A stretch of DNA of 64,000 bases, taken from Antedon mediterranea. Lineage: Eukaryota; Animalia; Echinodermata. Positions 1-13,105 of the stretch are shown piece after piece. The position numbers and the translations under genes are program-made. Below the pieces are notes generated by a model. It saw nothing but the letters and a program-made list of their open reading frames with translations. It did no database searches and had not been told where the DNA came from. Positions within the stretch are counted from its first letter, which is position 1. Every line of letters begins with the position of its first letter. The stretch covers positions 12,781,045 through 12,845,044 of the forward strand of contig NC_092680.1 of assembly GCF_964355755.1 (NCBI RefSeq), given 5' to 3'.

Positions 1-3000
1 TGTAGTTTGCCCTTAAAGCTTGGTTCCCACTAGATTACCTTACGCAGCAGAACGTATAGTGCAAGACGCACTCAGAACGCAAGTGTAATTCCTCCTATTA
101 AGTGAAAACAAAACTTTTTGTATAGGCCTTCCCATTCTCCGTGTACTTATAGTTTTCAAAAATTACTATAAACGCAATACCAAAAATCTATGAATTTGAA
201 AACGGATACTACACTCACTCTTTCTCACCCTATTCTTGACTGTATCTAGACTTTTCCTCCTATCGTAGGAAATTTGGTAATTCAGCATTTTTATTTTATT
301 TTTTATTTTATTCATTTCGGCAATAAACATAAAATAATAATTTAAAAAAACATAGAAATATATATATATATATGAAATACAAGACACGAAGCCGAGGAGA
401 GACAAAAGCATTAAACAAAACGCTGTCACCGGTAATGTGTGTCTCTCCAACACATGTTTCACATGTAGGCCTATCTAACCTTACATGATACAGGCACCAC
501 ATGTTATACAAATGAGATGCCACCTGCATTAGAGTATCTTAACGATAACCTTTGAATCCAATGAAGGGTTTAATTTGACTACATGGCTCTGTTTTAAAAG
601 CATTGGAACAAAAATACTTATTATCTTGCACAGAAGTTCCACTAATTACGTCACTTGTAAAAGGCTATCAATTTGTAATATAATGAGCCGCTAAATATAA
701 TCGTATCAAACGCTCTAATACCTCGTCAAAGAACAACAATAATGCGGTGAGAATAGACACTATCACATGGTGTGAGAAAATATACGCTTGTTACCAAATA
801 GAGTGTGATATTAGTTGTAAAACGATTTATTAAGATGTTAAAGGCTCAACATTTGACCAACTATCTAGCTCGAGGTAACAGATTACAGAACGGCTGTAAT
901 TCTCTGTCGGATTTAACATTTCATAATACTATTACGATAATAGTGCAACAAGGCAGGTTTTCTTGCGTTTCTTCAGCCCTAGGCTAGGCCGTATACTCGA
1001 CTTTCCACGGATTTTAACGCTAGACTAGGCTGGGATGAAGCGTATAAACGAGTACAGATCATTTAGAAATAGCCAGAGCATTGAGGTGCTCTTCCTATGT
1101 TGGCTATCATATATAATTCAAGCAAATAATTATGGAATTCTGATCTTACAAATCGATGATCGTTACCGTGATAAATGTATATAATAATCTGTATTTGACT
1201 TAATGAACTTATTTAAATTAACAATTACAAATTAGTCCTATTTTTCCCACTTGTTCTATACTTTGTAATTCTAATCATTCTGAAATCTATCTTTACTGCC
1301 TTACTAAACACCGTGAGAGTAAACGTTCTTAAAATTCCCACTTCATCGATATCAATCGATAGAGAGAAGCCCTCTAACGATATCCATCGAATTTGGTCAT
1401 GTGCATACGGTACCAACTCATTGATTGGATTAATGATCTGAAATAATACAAAAACTGTGAACGGAACGGTCAAAGACCTATATCAGTAGTTTAAAGTAGT
1501 CTTGCTCTTCAACAACTGCACTTTAACTTTTACAATACGTCACAGCGCGTAAATCTTACAGAGTACTCGAGCGTTGACCTAGGTACGCTCAATTTGTAGC
1601 AGACAATCATGGATGTGCTATTTTTCCTATGAACGTTTTTAATCAGACGAAGAGTTAGAAATACGTTTAACAGGAAACAAAATAATATTACGGCTTTGAG
1701 AACGCCGCTATAAAATACTTGAAAGGTATTGAAGCTTGGGGCGAAATCAGTTGGTTAAAACAATTCAGAAACGTACGGAGTGCTAGATAATTACGCGATA
1801 CTCCCTCGCTCCATCAGCTCATGAATACATATTTTTAATTGTTTTCCTTCTAGCGGCAGAAATATTTCAAGAACAAGTCAATGCATTATTGTAATAAGAA
1901 AATTGAAATCAATAGATTTTTATTAAGTATTCTTTCCTTCCGGTTATAGGTTATATAGTAAGACTAGCATGCACTATCACAACTGGTTTATTTTGTACAA
2001 AAAGGTAAACAAATTCTACAAATTCAAATTCTACAGGAAAAGTGTCAACAAATTTAGAACCGTTTAACGTCTAGTTCAGATCTCAAAATGTTACTACGCC
2101 TCCTAGCCTATCTATCTAACTAAAAATAAACATTAACAACATAAACATGTACTGTCATTGTTTATATATGTAGTGATGCCATCTTCAAAATAGTGTTTGG
2201 GTATAATAGACATGTCCATAAGCGCAAAAAAAATACATTTTCTAAATGCGATGACAGACCATTAGTCAGATCTTGAATTTTGGCTACTCCTCTCAATTTA
2301 TCTAATTCACGTTGTTAAATGATGTAAAGATGTGGTCAGTTGACTGACAGTGGTGGAAAACTAAGTTAGAGAGAAAATAATCGAATAAGGAAAAAGATAA
2401 TAACAATAATTTAAAAATATATTCCAAATTCAGAACCAAGATGTTTGCACTTTTTTTTATTATAAAGAGAATTTTATTTTTCTGACCCGACCTGTTTGGA
2501 TTAGTAAATTACGTTTTCCTTACTTTGAGTTTGTGTAAAACTCCATTATTTATAATAAGAGATTTAGGAAAATGTCACGTGATTGTTGTATCTAGGTCAT
2601 AACGACACACATGTAATCGAATGTAAATGTGTTCTAATTCTGATTTGTGGGTTATTTCATGATGTAGATGAAACGGGGCACTGCCTTTACTTTCAAGGGT
2701 ACATCGGCAATTTCTACACTTTATTACCCTTCCTAATAGGCTTATAACTTAATTTTGTCGCCAAAATAATTTTCATAAAAATGAAACGAATTCGAAATTA
2801 CTGGGGTTCTTTTGTTGTTTTTGTGGAACAACCATATTTACCCTTAATATGGATTTGTAACACAACTAATGTATTCAAAATAGATGGTGATGTATTACAG
2901 CATGACAATGATGGAAAAGAATACTTTTTTTGTCGTGACTCACATGAGCAAAAAACGTAATATGTAAATTATTCATTTGAATTTTAATGACTGTATTAGT

Positions 3001-4388
3001 AATACATATAAAGATATCTTGCATTTAATTGTTTTACTTTTTTATTTGCTAATCGTTTTTAAATCTAACGGAAATTCTCTGTTTGTGGAAGATTGTGAAC
3101 AATTAAGAATGGATAACTTACGCAAGCAGACGACATTTTAACATGTAAATTGAGTCAAAAACTTTTTATTTAGGTATGAAAGGCCAACTGGTTAAATGTG
3201 TCAAAATGTTCATATTTGATTCGAATAATCTTAATAGTCTATAGATACCATGACTATGAAAAAGGAAATAAAAGGTAAACTTTAACAAAATTATACAGAG
3301 TCTTCACCAAACATTATTGTTTATTAGATTTAAAATAATATAGATATCCTTAAAACATTGGAAAGGGATAAAATGGTAAACTCTTAAAATATAGTAGGCC
3401 TATCTTTAAAAGTGGATACAGAAATTGATGCCTAAAACACTAGAAAATGCTTTTCCGGTTAAGAAAAATCAAGCACATTTCAGAGTATAACTTTAACAAA
3501 AACGACAGAAAATTCCTGTAGGTACAATATAGTGTTTTTAAGATGGTATATATTATACATAATTATTTTTAATGGAGCACGTCTTGTTGCATATAATGTA
3601 TCAGAGAAAAAATCTTCTTTCAGTTTCATGAAGTGATTTTTGGCAACTAAATATTTATTTGAAAAAATGTACGACTGTACAGAATACAAAGTAATAGTTG
3701 AAGGAAATATGCTTGCTGATAACAGCATTAGTATTCAATCATTTACGGATGGTACTTCTTCATATGATAACTTAAGCTATAGGCGACATATTCTTAAGTG
3801 AAACACAATTTGCATAAACAGTTAAAGAAATTGACGAACGGACGTATTGCTTCGATAATTCTATACACACGGATATGATCAAATGGGAAACTCTTATTTG
3901 CATAACGTTTCTGAATTTCTGATTGGGTCAATGTCATGCTAAGTTTTCCTTGAGGAGAAATAAAAGAAATGTTACTGTCTATGGGCGGCCATTAGATACA
4001 TAACTTTAAAAATATATTTATTTGCGAGTGCATGTAGGTTAAACTCTATAAATCGATAGTATTGAAATATATTTAAATTTATCATTTTTAACATTATACA
4101 AAATAGAAAATTATTTAGAATGACCTATGGGTTGAAGGATAGTAATTTGTTAATTAATTCGTAATACTTTCACCAGCACTTATTAGTGGTAATGAAGTGA
4201 CATATATATCTACTTCTAAACATACATTATTTTTAACTAACCATCTAAGTTTTGAATCCAATTAGTAGTTCGTTAATAAAGGTATTATTTAATTAATTTA
4301 AATACGCTGCTACAAACCAGATGAACATTTACAATCATAATGTATTTTAGTTACTAAAATACGACAGGTTGAATAACGAAAACGTAGA

Positions 4389-4570
4389 GGAGTTGCGGTA
4401 GACGAGTGGTCTCTCAACCTGTGTTGAACTCCTAAATGAGTACATTGGTGTGGAAAAATAATAGGAAGTATAATTATTGAGAGGCGTGGAAATGATCTGG
4501 CCACCCTTGTCCATAAATACTAAGTTTCTGGCAGCTCATTCCCTTCGTTACGGGACTTACCTTAACTTAA
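4389..4570 (+). mobile_element. Degenerate SINE-like fragment
   Basis: A-box-like GGTAGACGAGTGG, a TAAATGAGTAC core and a GGCCACCCT segment in otherwise AT-rich DNA. Confidence 0.35.
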
Positions 4571-7500
4571 TCGAAAGTAATATTTTATATATACAATTGA
4601 ATCAACAGATTTATTAATAATATTCACGATTTTGGAAATTCCAATAGTTTTATATTATACTTTTATATCTTATATTTGCTCTTTTAAAAGTGCAAAGCGA
4701 CTTTACTTAGGCCCTAATCAATTGATGTTCTATAAAGTCTTATTGGAATTTCCTTTCAAGAATGAAATAAGAAGCAAAGTTTGAAAATTCAATAGTTGAC
4801 AAATGTTAAATAAAAATTAAAACTGTTCTGTTGTCTGTCGAACTTGTTATAAAATCACTGATACATAGAAAAAAAAATTAAAATTAACTTACAGGCCAGC
4901 TGTTAGAGTCAATAGCCAGGAATGACATGATCTCTAAGAAAGACCAGATTTAAACAATCTGTGAACGAAAATAATTTTGAAAAATTAAAAACATGTAATT
5001 ACTAAAAACTAATTTGTAGGCCTACTTATTTTGATCGCTTATCACGCATTTTTATTTTATTTACCCTTTGTACTGTACTTTGTTAAATGGATGGAAATAT
5101 ATAATAAACAAAAACATTTGATAATTGTCGAGACGGATTGGATATCTTGTTTCAATGAATATTTTACCATAAGGAATTGAAGTTCCAAAGCGTAGCCTAC
5201 ACAATGTAAAAGAAAGAAAGAAGAAATTACATTGAATATAGTACGCCTATTATTAAACACGTACAAAAATGTGTTCATAAGGAAGCTATACTTAATTCAA
5301 AATCAATTTTTTTTTTAATACATTTTCTTTTGAATAATCAAACCAATATATACGCCTACATTTAATACAAAAATAATTATACAACAACGTATTCTAAACA
5401 AAAAGATATGTTTTTATGTGTATTCACATTAGTGTTATAGGAGTTACGTTGAACCCACACAGTGCTGTTGCTAGGAGGCTAAGCCTTTGGCTACCGTTGA
5501 TGGCAGAATTTCATTACATCTTGCTTGCTCTTGGCAAAGAGACCGAACATCAATAATGAAAAGAAAGCAAGAAACGTAATATTTTCCAAAAACGAATTAT
5601 TGTATTATGCGTATTGTTATATTTAGTGCACTATCAATTGTATAAAAACAAATTATGTTTAAAGAAGTGTTTCGTATATGTTATTATATTTAAAATCAGT
5701 TAATTTATTTCATTTGATGAAATAAGAGAACAAAACGTACTTAATTCTGTATCACATTAGGCATGTAGTAATTAACGTGCCTTCAAATCATAGCATCCAG
5801 TGCCTAGATTAATCAAACTTTCTTAGTTTAGATAAAGAATCATCTTATTAACTTTGTTGTAAGTAAATCATTTTGCTTAAGTCAGGTTTCAAAATAACCT
5901 AAGCAAAATTTTGGAAGGAATTAGTGCATTCTTCTGTGATGTGCATATATATAGTCATAATGGTGCCATACCACTACCATACTTAAGCATATCACTACCA
6001 TATTTAGGCACTTCACACTTTTTTGTCACATAAAGTTTGATAGTGTAGACAGAGCTTTAAAATATTAATTTTCAAGTTTTTCATTATCTTACCTTATGCA
6101 AAAAACTTCCAATCATTAATTCACAAATTAAAATATTCTTTTAAAAAATAAAACTTTTTGTCTGTGCCTTAGCATGTTAAGATAGTTTATATATATATAT
6201 ATATTTATCTGCTTATCTGTTATGCACTTATGGCTTATTGTTTTTCTTTGTTTAGTGGACATCGTAATAGTGACAGCACAACAAAGCTAAAAGTGGTGAA
6301 TAAAATAAATGTTTTAAGTTTGCCTAACCTCAAATGCAGTTGCTTACAATTTATTTCCCTTTTTTTTTAAGAAAAAAAATCCCCGAATTGATTGATGTTG
6401 TGTAAAGTAATGTTCTTGAACGGGACAAAGACCCAACGGATTGATGTATGCCCCTTCACGCTTATTGTAATGATGATGTATCGAAGTTCGTATACTGAGG
6501 GCCATGTGCTTTGTTGCTAAGATACATTTCTTACGCACAAATTTAACTGTCAACGCGGATTACGTCATGATTAGTCACTTTTTTTCAAAAATTCAAAATG
6601 CTCAAGTTTAACGGAATATTTCCTCAATTAAATATGTATTATTAATCTGTATCCGCCGGGATGATTATTAATCTGTTGTAAGGCTTCTTTTAATGAGTGT
6701 AACTTTAGGTGACGGTATGTAGATTAGAAGAAGTTGCGGCAAAACTCAATTAGTATTTGAGTTTGTTTAGCCTATGGGTGTTCCTATTTGAATATTACTG
6801 CATAATCCGTTCTAACAAAAAAAATCTGTAAATAATTTCTCTTTATATCACGTTTATGTAAAACATATCTGTATAATCGTAATACATTGCTGAATGATGC
6901 ATGTTTGTTAATCCGATGATGGTATGCCATGGACAAAGTACAAATTCCAATGCTGTTACATTAATGATGATTAAACAAATATTACAATATTAAGGGATTA
7001 CTTATTTCGTTATACACACACTTTTAAATGCTTTTATGTTTCATAATGTAATTATTATTGTATTCTATTTAGGGATTATTTAGTTATACACAGACTTTGG
7101 TATTTATATCATAATGCAATTATATTGTGCTCTATTTTACAGTGTTATAGTAGGTCCCTACGTTTTTGTTGTTGGTGTACAAAAAAACAAATTTCTGTAA
7201 TTTAAATGTTGTACACCATAAAAATGCAATGGTGGTGGAGCTTTCATTCATTAATGTTTCTAATTATAATTGTTTTAAATGTGATTATAATATTTTAATA
7301 TTAATTGATGAAATCAATTATGTTATGTTCACTGTTGGTCTTTCTATTGTTAAATGATCGACCAACTGTAGGCCTAGTTTCTCCTTATTGTTACTTAAAT
7401 AATTCAAAACCCGTTGTATAAAAACATTCATACTTCGTGCTTACGGTACTCCGTACATGAATGATAACAATTAGTGGCTATTATACTTCTGTTTTTATAC

Positions 7501-10500
7501 AACTGTTTTGGTAATTAACATTGTGTATTATAAATACATATCAATAAGCTATTAAGAATAAAGAATGCCTTTGTAGCCAAAATCGCATTTGACAATTAAA
7601 AATGTCAATTATCTGCCTGTGGTGTTCGCACGAGGCAATTACAGGCTACCTTAAAAATATGTACGCTAATTGCAAAATAATTAATTTAATAATTACTTCA
7701 CGCCAGTAAACGTACAGAAATTAGCCGCGATTCAGGTAAATTATCTAACCACGTCTGTGGCCTGCTAACGAGGAAGCAAGGTCTGCGAGAGCTGACCGCA
7801 CTCTCCGCCGGTAGGTAGCCTACTGAGTTCGACACGGTACACAAATAACTAATCACATTTAAACACTGACAATAAACCAAAACAGTAACTTTTATTGTAA
7901 AAATCAAGTCTTACCGGTCTGTTTTTTAAAGCTTTAGTTTTCCAGATGTTGGCGCTTTATTTACTCAGCTATAAACTGCTCCTTCGAATTACCAAACACA
8001 GATGATGTTACAAAGGGAGAGAAAAATACTCTGTACAGATAATATATAAAAACACTTCTTGTTGGCTGTGCAATAATAATGTTTACGATGATTCTAAAGA
8101 AGAAATAGCAAATTATAAGTAGTTTCACTGTATGTCGCTTTGTTTTCTGTATTTTCTGTATCATCAGACCTGTGAAATATAATTGTCCGCTGTTGTATCC
8201 ATTCATAGATTCAATATATCGTCTGCTCTACCTTGTATATTCACCAAACGACACAACCTGTAAGCGACTGATGGTAAAAAGATTGAGGTGTTTGATTCCA
8301 AAGTAATGGTAACAACTTCTCAAATAGATATTTAGTTATATAACATAACAGACTTGAGTAGTTTAGGAATCAATGCCCAGGTATAGACGTCTTCCTAAGG
8401 GTGATGTGCTCAATTTCAACCAATCGAAACCACGTTTGCAATTCAGCAGTATGCTTCCATCATCATCACAACAACACTTCTTTTTTCTAAATATAATAGT
8501 TTTCAATTGTTTTATATTAAATTAATATTCATTGAATTAAATTAGGTCAAGTATTACCTATTGCCTATATTTGGTAAGATAACAAATGCGCATAACCAAG
8601 AGCAAAATTTTCAAATATAAAAATTGCTCTTAAAATTAACACCAACACAATTTTTATATATATAGAAAGTTGTAACAAATTATCAATCAGTTGTTCTATA
8701 ACATAAAGTAAAAAATGTCTATACTTTTAGTACTGTGACTGACTATAATCACACAATCAAATCATTTATCTGGGATTTTAAATATCTCTTATGATTAAGA
8801 TATTGCAAAGAAAACATTCCTTACTTCTGTTCTGTTTTTTTTTTTTGCAGCAAGCCAAAACCAATAATAGAAAAAAATGGTTATTCTAGATATACAAATT
8901 GTAGAGTAAACAGAAATACAGAGTTATATGTTGGTTTATTGACTTACAAATTGTTATAACAATGCATAAACAGGGAATTATGGTACTATACTTCATTTTG
9001 TAATTACACAAGTCGTACTACCATGTTTTCACAACTTGTTAAGCTTGGCCCAGAATTAAAAGTCAAATTCTCCAGATCCGCCGAAAGCACAAGTGTGTTC
9101 TTTGTTTATTCCTTCCACAATAGGCTTAATCGATAAAGGATTAAAACAGGGCTCATGTTTTTTCGAAAGCTTAATTTAGGATTTTTAAAAACAACAATAT
9201 TCAAGTACGTCAACACGTCATCATCAACGTTAAAACGCCTGAAGTTTTCTGCCCGGTCTCAGTCCAATGTTTCCATTTGAAACGCGTCAGATATCCTCAA
9301 ACTTAATAACAAAACTAGTTAGGAATTGCATCCTTCCACATAAACGTCTTTCTTTTATTTTTTTTTCTTGAATAATATTCAAAATTGCCCTCCTGTGTTG
9401 CAAATTATCCCGGAGAGAGAAACGTAACCGTTACTAAAAACAGTTTAGGCGCGCCTAATGATTCCAAGAAAGAGTATTCTATCCTTCAATATAAAAATAG
9501 AAAACACGGCGGAAATTTTGAATTATTTTTAAATCGTAATGATTGATGTTATGTTAGAAGATGTTAACTTACTTGTTTAAATAAACTTAAAATATATATA
9601 TATACTGATCCTTTTTTCATTAAAGATGTATTGTCCCCCAAAAACGTGAAAAATGAAAATTAATTAAATCAGACTTTGAATATATTATTTTATAGTTTTA
9701 ATAAGGTTAATCACTTCCATAGAAAAAAAAACGAAAAAAAAATATGTTTTCACTTATAAAATGACAAAATAAATGGTTAAATTCAACAAAAAATCCATTG
9801 GCTGGCAGCCAATTTGACTATTTTTTGTTTGCTTTAAATCACGTTTTTTTTTCAGGTAAATACACTTTTTTTGGTCCAATTTTTGGTCAAAGTGGATAAC
9901 TATTATGGTACATTAAAATGGAGTATTCAACAAAAAAATTGTTAAGAATTTTTTTTTTAGAGGTACAATACATCTTTAAGTTTTTATTTACTAAACAGAA
10001 ACCATTAATATGTTTGGTAAAATATGCCAAAACAATGTTATCCCCGGATAACAATGCTGTGGCATTATTCCAAAATTCATCTTCACAAATAATCATATCC
10101 ACTGTAATGGTAATCAGATAGAAGAAAGGTTTAGACAATATTAATCATTAAGCCTATGGTATAATATTATGAGGAGGAGGAGGCCTATTGCAAATCAGCT
10201 GTTTGTATTTAATACATTTATGAATGTAGAGGGCGATATACAGTTTTTTATATAACTTTTAACTAAAAACTTCTTCTTGACCCGCAAGTTTATAAAACGA
10301 AAATGTTTAATTCTTGATTTAGATTTAATTTAATCTAATTTCTAATCTAAGAAACAGGATTACTTAATTTATTTCTTTTCATATACGGTACCTCCTAATA
10401 ATGTTGTATTATTCATTTAGTTTTGTTGTAGATATATTATTTATTAGACACAAATGGCGCGTAAAGATTTGTTTGCTGTCGATGGGGGCGCTTATCATAA

Positions 10501-10507
10501 CAAAAAA

Positions 10508-12583
10508 ATGGCGACTTACGGGAACGGCGTTATAAAACGTGGGTTGGAAATCGTGCGAAATATGCCTAGAATCAGGATAGACAATGTCAAAGACAACCCT
10601 GGAGCACGTAAACAAGTACGTATTATTGGATTGTAATGTTATCTAATCATTTATCAGGAATGAAAGAAGAATAAGGAGGAGGTAGGCTTATTATTAGCTG
10701 CCCGGCCGGCGACCGGGCGGCCAGCTGACCTTTCCTACTTCTACTAGGGCCTAGGCCTAGCTTGGCTGGGCCTAGAGTATGGTAAGGCTTACTACTAGTA
10801 CTAGGAGGCCCTCTAGCATCTAATATATATTACTAGCTAGCCTAGACTAGTAGGCCCTACCTCAATCTTGTCATATTTATTTATTACATAATATATTTTT
10901 CTAAAAAGGAAAAAAGACGAGGACGAGGCCAAACAAGAGGGAAGCGTAGTGGGCGTGGTCACAAAGGACAGCGACAGCGTGGTATACCGCCAAGACTTGG
11001 TTATGAAGGAGGACAGTCACCGTTTTACCTGAGTGTTCCTAAAGAGCCTTACTATGCTGGCCACCAGTATGTCTTATCTAAAACTAAACATTTCAAAGAA
11101 TTATGTAATACTTATTTCTTTGAAATTAACTCCCAAACAGCAGATCAAATAGGAGACGCAAAGTGCTCATGGCATTGTGAAACCCCAAACGAAACTAATC
11201 TATAAACCTAAAAAACTAGGCCTACCAGAAACTAGTACCTCACATTCACAAGTCAACTTTAAAGTTCTGTCTACACTATGTTTGTCAAATAAAGGTTGAT
11301 TGGGTAGACAGAGCTTTAGACAATAAAATAATGATTTTTAACAAAACATTTGCAAACTCAATTTCAGTTTGAGGAGGCAGTATTTACCAGTATCATTACA
11401 CATGTTGCAGTATTTGGTTGACATGGGTCGTCTCAACCCTGAGGAACCTGTTGATCTTACATCATTGGTCAACGCTAGAGCTGTCACAATTGATATCATT
11501 AAGAAGCATTATGGTGTCCAACTTGTTAGTGAGGTAAGTTCAACGGTGTCATTTAATTCCTTGGTTTTAAGTGATAAAATAAATTTACACTGTATTATAC
11601 TGTGTTTACACTGTACAAGCTATTAATGCCAGAATCAAAGTGGTTGATTAAGACATTTCCACTGAATGGTTCATAGAAGAGTGTGTCAAATTTTAAGCTC
11701 TGTCTACACTATCATCAAACTTTATATGACAACCAATCTGTAGATAGATACGGTGATACGGGCACAACACATTTTTTTGCTTTAAAACAGTTTGTTTTTT
11801 GTATCGCCAATATGTATTACAGTAAGTATATATTTGTAGGGATTAAAGTATATATTGTATTAGGAAATGGAAAACTTTTTGCAAGAATGCATCTCTTTGA
11901 ATGCAAACATTATTGCTTAAAAGTTTACTTAAGAGACCTGATGAATAAGTGGTTAATGTTACATTACTAAATGTCTACCTAGCTTGTCATCTGCCATTTG
12001 GCAGGGCCATGACAGTCCTCTTCCTTCTTATGTTAGTGCTTCTATTACTTACTGGGGTGTTAGTGCAAACATTTAAGAAACAAAAAGAGAACATATTTGA
12101 TAATAAATTCAATGTCTTTAGGGTAAAGATGAATTCCAAGCTCAACTAAATATCGAGGTTCAATGGGCAACAGAAGACGTGATTGCAGCAGTTGAACGCA
12201 ATTCTGGCGTCATCACGTTAGGTTTCTACGACCTCCAGAGCGTGGAAGCGCTTGCACACCCGCTTATCTTCTTCCAACGCGGACTACCAATTATGCGGCG
12301 TTCATTACCACCTAAAGATCTCGTTGATTTTTACACAAACCCAGAAAACCGTGGATATTTATCGGATCCAGAAAAGGTTCGTAAAGCAAGGTTTGATTTG
12401 GCGCAAAAGTTTGGCTACGAGCTCCCAGATTTATCAAAAGATAATCGATATCAAATGCTATCAATGCGTAAAGACCCTAGGCAGATATTTTATGGACTTC
12501 AGCCAGGTTGGGTTGTGAATTTGAAAGATAAGACTGTTTTGAAACCAACTGATGAAGGTTTATTAGAGTATTATAAGTCCTGA
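10508..12583 (+). CDS. MRPL15: Mitochondrial ribosomal protein L15 (uL15m); coding exons 10508-10615, 10909-11066, 11368-11533, 12122-12583
   Basis: The spliced translation reads [36 protein letters not shown] / [52 protein letters not shown] / [45 protein letters not shown] / [58 protein letters not shown]. This carries the uL15 [14 protein letters not shown] motif and the MRPL15 C-terminus. All introns are GT-AG and phases are consistent. An in-frame upstream ATG at 10454 is an alternative start. Confidence 0.95.
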
Positions 12584-13105
12584 GAAGGATGCAGTCTTGG
12601 TGAGCAGAAATATATTAATTAAAAAGACAGTTCTCTGTTAAATAAAATCACAGTTTATTTCAATCCATTGATTTTGTTATTATTCTAGTATTTATAACAC
12701 CAGGAAAAGTGAAATTATACTCTTCCCTGGTATTACAACAACAACAACAACAACAAGCTGCATCAAGCCAATCTTTGAACAATCGTAATTGCCATATTCA
12801 ATTCAAAATCTTTGTGCTTTTTATATTCGAATGATAAATTGTAAATTCTTTGTTCTTAACAGAGAATACACTGCCAAATGCAAACAAAATAAGCCAAAGT
12901 ATTTTCTATTTGAAATAAATGCAATCGTCACATCCATGTCCAACCTAAACATTTTATCAAGAATCTGTATTCATTCAAATAAGCCAAATGCTAATAAAAT
13001 AATAAAAATAAATAAATATTTTTCTATTTGAAACCAGGGTGTTTAAAATTTACAAAATGACACTCTTCACATCATCCATGTCCAACCTAAACATTTTAGC
13101 CCATC

